The translations under genes were made by a program, and so were the position numbers. A stretch of 56,974 bases of DNA from Armatimonadota bacterium (GTDB lineage: Bacteria; Armatimonadota; Fimbriimonadia; Fimbriimonadales; Fimbriimonadaceae). The notes under the pieces are model-generated. The model did no database searches and was not told where the DNA came from. It saw only the letters and a list, made by a program, of their open reading frames with translations. Shown piece by piece: positions 55,930 to 56,974 of this stretch. The stretch lies in assembly GCA_031400935.1 (NCBI GenBank), contig JANNQV010000023.1:1-56974 (forward strand). Reading direction: 5' to 3'. Within the stretch, counting starts at the first letter, position 1. Each line of letters opens with the position of its first letter.

Positions 55930-56974
55930 ACTGTTTGCTTCATTTGAACCTGCAAAATACATAGGATTTCAGCCTCAAAATCTTACTAAAGAGGGCTGAA
56001 TAATGAAGCTAGACATTCTTTCTATCGGTGTTCCACCAACTTTTGACATTGCATATTTGCGACAGGCTTATCTCATCTCCCAGGAGGCTGCTGGGTGTAC
56101 ACCTAAGACCATTGGAAATATTGGATGCGCTTTCAATAGCTTTGAGCGTTTCTTACAAACGGTTGGAGTTTCCACGCTTGATTGCATTGATGCCAACTCT
56201 ATGCGCTCATACATTCTTCATGAAAGGAATAGGGGGCAATCTGACAGGTCTGTGCAAACCTATCTCATTTCATTAAAGGGGTTCTTCCGCTGGTGCGTTG
56301 ATGAGAACTATTCGGAAACATCGCCAATGGTGAGAGTCAAAATGCCCCGCATTGAAAAGAAGGTGATTGAAGCCTTTACTGATGATGAGATTAGGCGCCT
56401 ATTGAGTGCCACGAGTGGTCCAGACAGCATTTCAGTCCGCAACCGCGCACTGGTAACTGGATTGCTTGATTCAGGACTGAGGGCAGCAGAGTTTGTAGGC
56501 ATGAAGGTTGGTGATATCGATCTTGCTAACGGCCTTTTTATGGTTTCTGGAAAGGGTAGAAAACAGCGCCATGTGAGAATGGGAGCAAATGCAAGAAAGT
56601 GTGTGATCCGATACTTGCAGCTTCGCAAAGGCAAAGTTGGAGAGCCACTTTGGCTAGGGGTGCGTGGTCCAATCACCACAAGCGGACTCTTTCAAATCCT
56701 CAATGATCTTGGAACTAGGTGCAATGTCCAAAAATGCAATCCACATAAGTTCCGGAGAACCTTTGCTTTGAACTGCCTAAGGAACGGCATGGATCCCTTT
56801 AGCTTGCAAATACTGATGGGACACTCAGACCTGCAAATCCTAAGGCAATATTTGGCTCAGACTCGCGCAGACGTTCATTCAGCTCATGAAGCATGCTCGC
56901 CAATAGATCGGCTATTAGAACGCCGAAGAAACCTGTATAGATTTTTGTATGCACCATATTGACGGCAATGTGCG
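55930..56974 (+). mobile_element. Left edge of a probable tRNA-Gly-integrated element
   Basis: Integrase begins 73 bp after the tRNA 3' end; the second att copy is not in the window. Confidence 0.6.
56003..56962 (+). CDS. Tyrosine recombinase/integrase
   Basis: SGLRAAE, GKGRKQR, HKFRRTFA, LMGHSD, RQYL catalytic R-K-H-R-H-Y set. Confidence 0.93.
   Translation: MKLDILSIGVPPTFDIAYLRQAYLISQEAAGCTPKTIGNIGCAFNSFERFLQTVGVSTLDCIDANSMRSYILHERNRGQSDRSVQTYLISLKGFFRWCVDENYSETSPMVRVKMPRIEKKVIEAFTDDEIRRLLSATSGPDSISVRNRALVTGLLDSGLRAAEFVGMKVGDIDLANGLFMVSGKGRKQRHVRMGANARKCVIRYLQLRKGKVGEPLWLGVRGPITTSGLFQILNDLGTRCNVQKCNPHKFRRTFALNCLRNGMDPFSLQILMGHSDLQILRQYLAQTRADVHSAHEACSPIDRLLERRRNLYRFLYAPY

Noticed and set aside
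56003..56962. Calling the recombinase chromosomal XerC/XerD
   Set aside because: It has HKFRRTFA and LMGHSDLQIL instead of the Xer-typical HxLRHSFATH and LGHxxxxTTQIY, and its position beside a tRNA favours a mobile-element integrase.

Overview
Mostly core chromosome of a bacterium with an outer membrane; the gene content and protein style suggest Armatimonadota/Fimbriimonadaceae, which is an impression from recall and not a search result. In order it holds: a DUF4402-pilin/chaperone/usher-like operon; clpB with an HspR (HAIR)-type operator; mnmE; pdhAB; an imuB-dnaE2 mutasome pair with no adjacent imuA; a lysA/site-2 protease/trpS/HAD/mqnC/deaminase run; tRNA-Leu(CAG); a ~16 kb exported oxidative (3-keto) glycoside catabolism locus (Gfo/Idh/MocA x3, DUF1080 x3, ThuA x2, sugar ABC, ApbE, FGE-like, TIM-barrel isomerase); and tRNA-Gly(GCC) followed by a tyrosine integrase at the edge of an integrated element. 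The most striking unexplained signal is a small hairpin element, GTGN-N6-CGTCYCG-N6', whose stem sequence changes between copies while staying self-complementary. It sits in frame inside DnaE2 (six units, 24-bp period, about 50 aa), inside ClpB (a doublet, 31 aa), probably as an eroded copy in ImuB, and intergenically. The window also carries several other REP-like families, strand-biased 7-10-mer tandem repeats, and pervasive leaderless-type promoters (TAnnnT 5-8 nt before the start codon). All assignments are from reading motifs by eye; no database searches were run.
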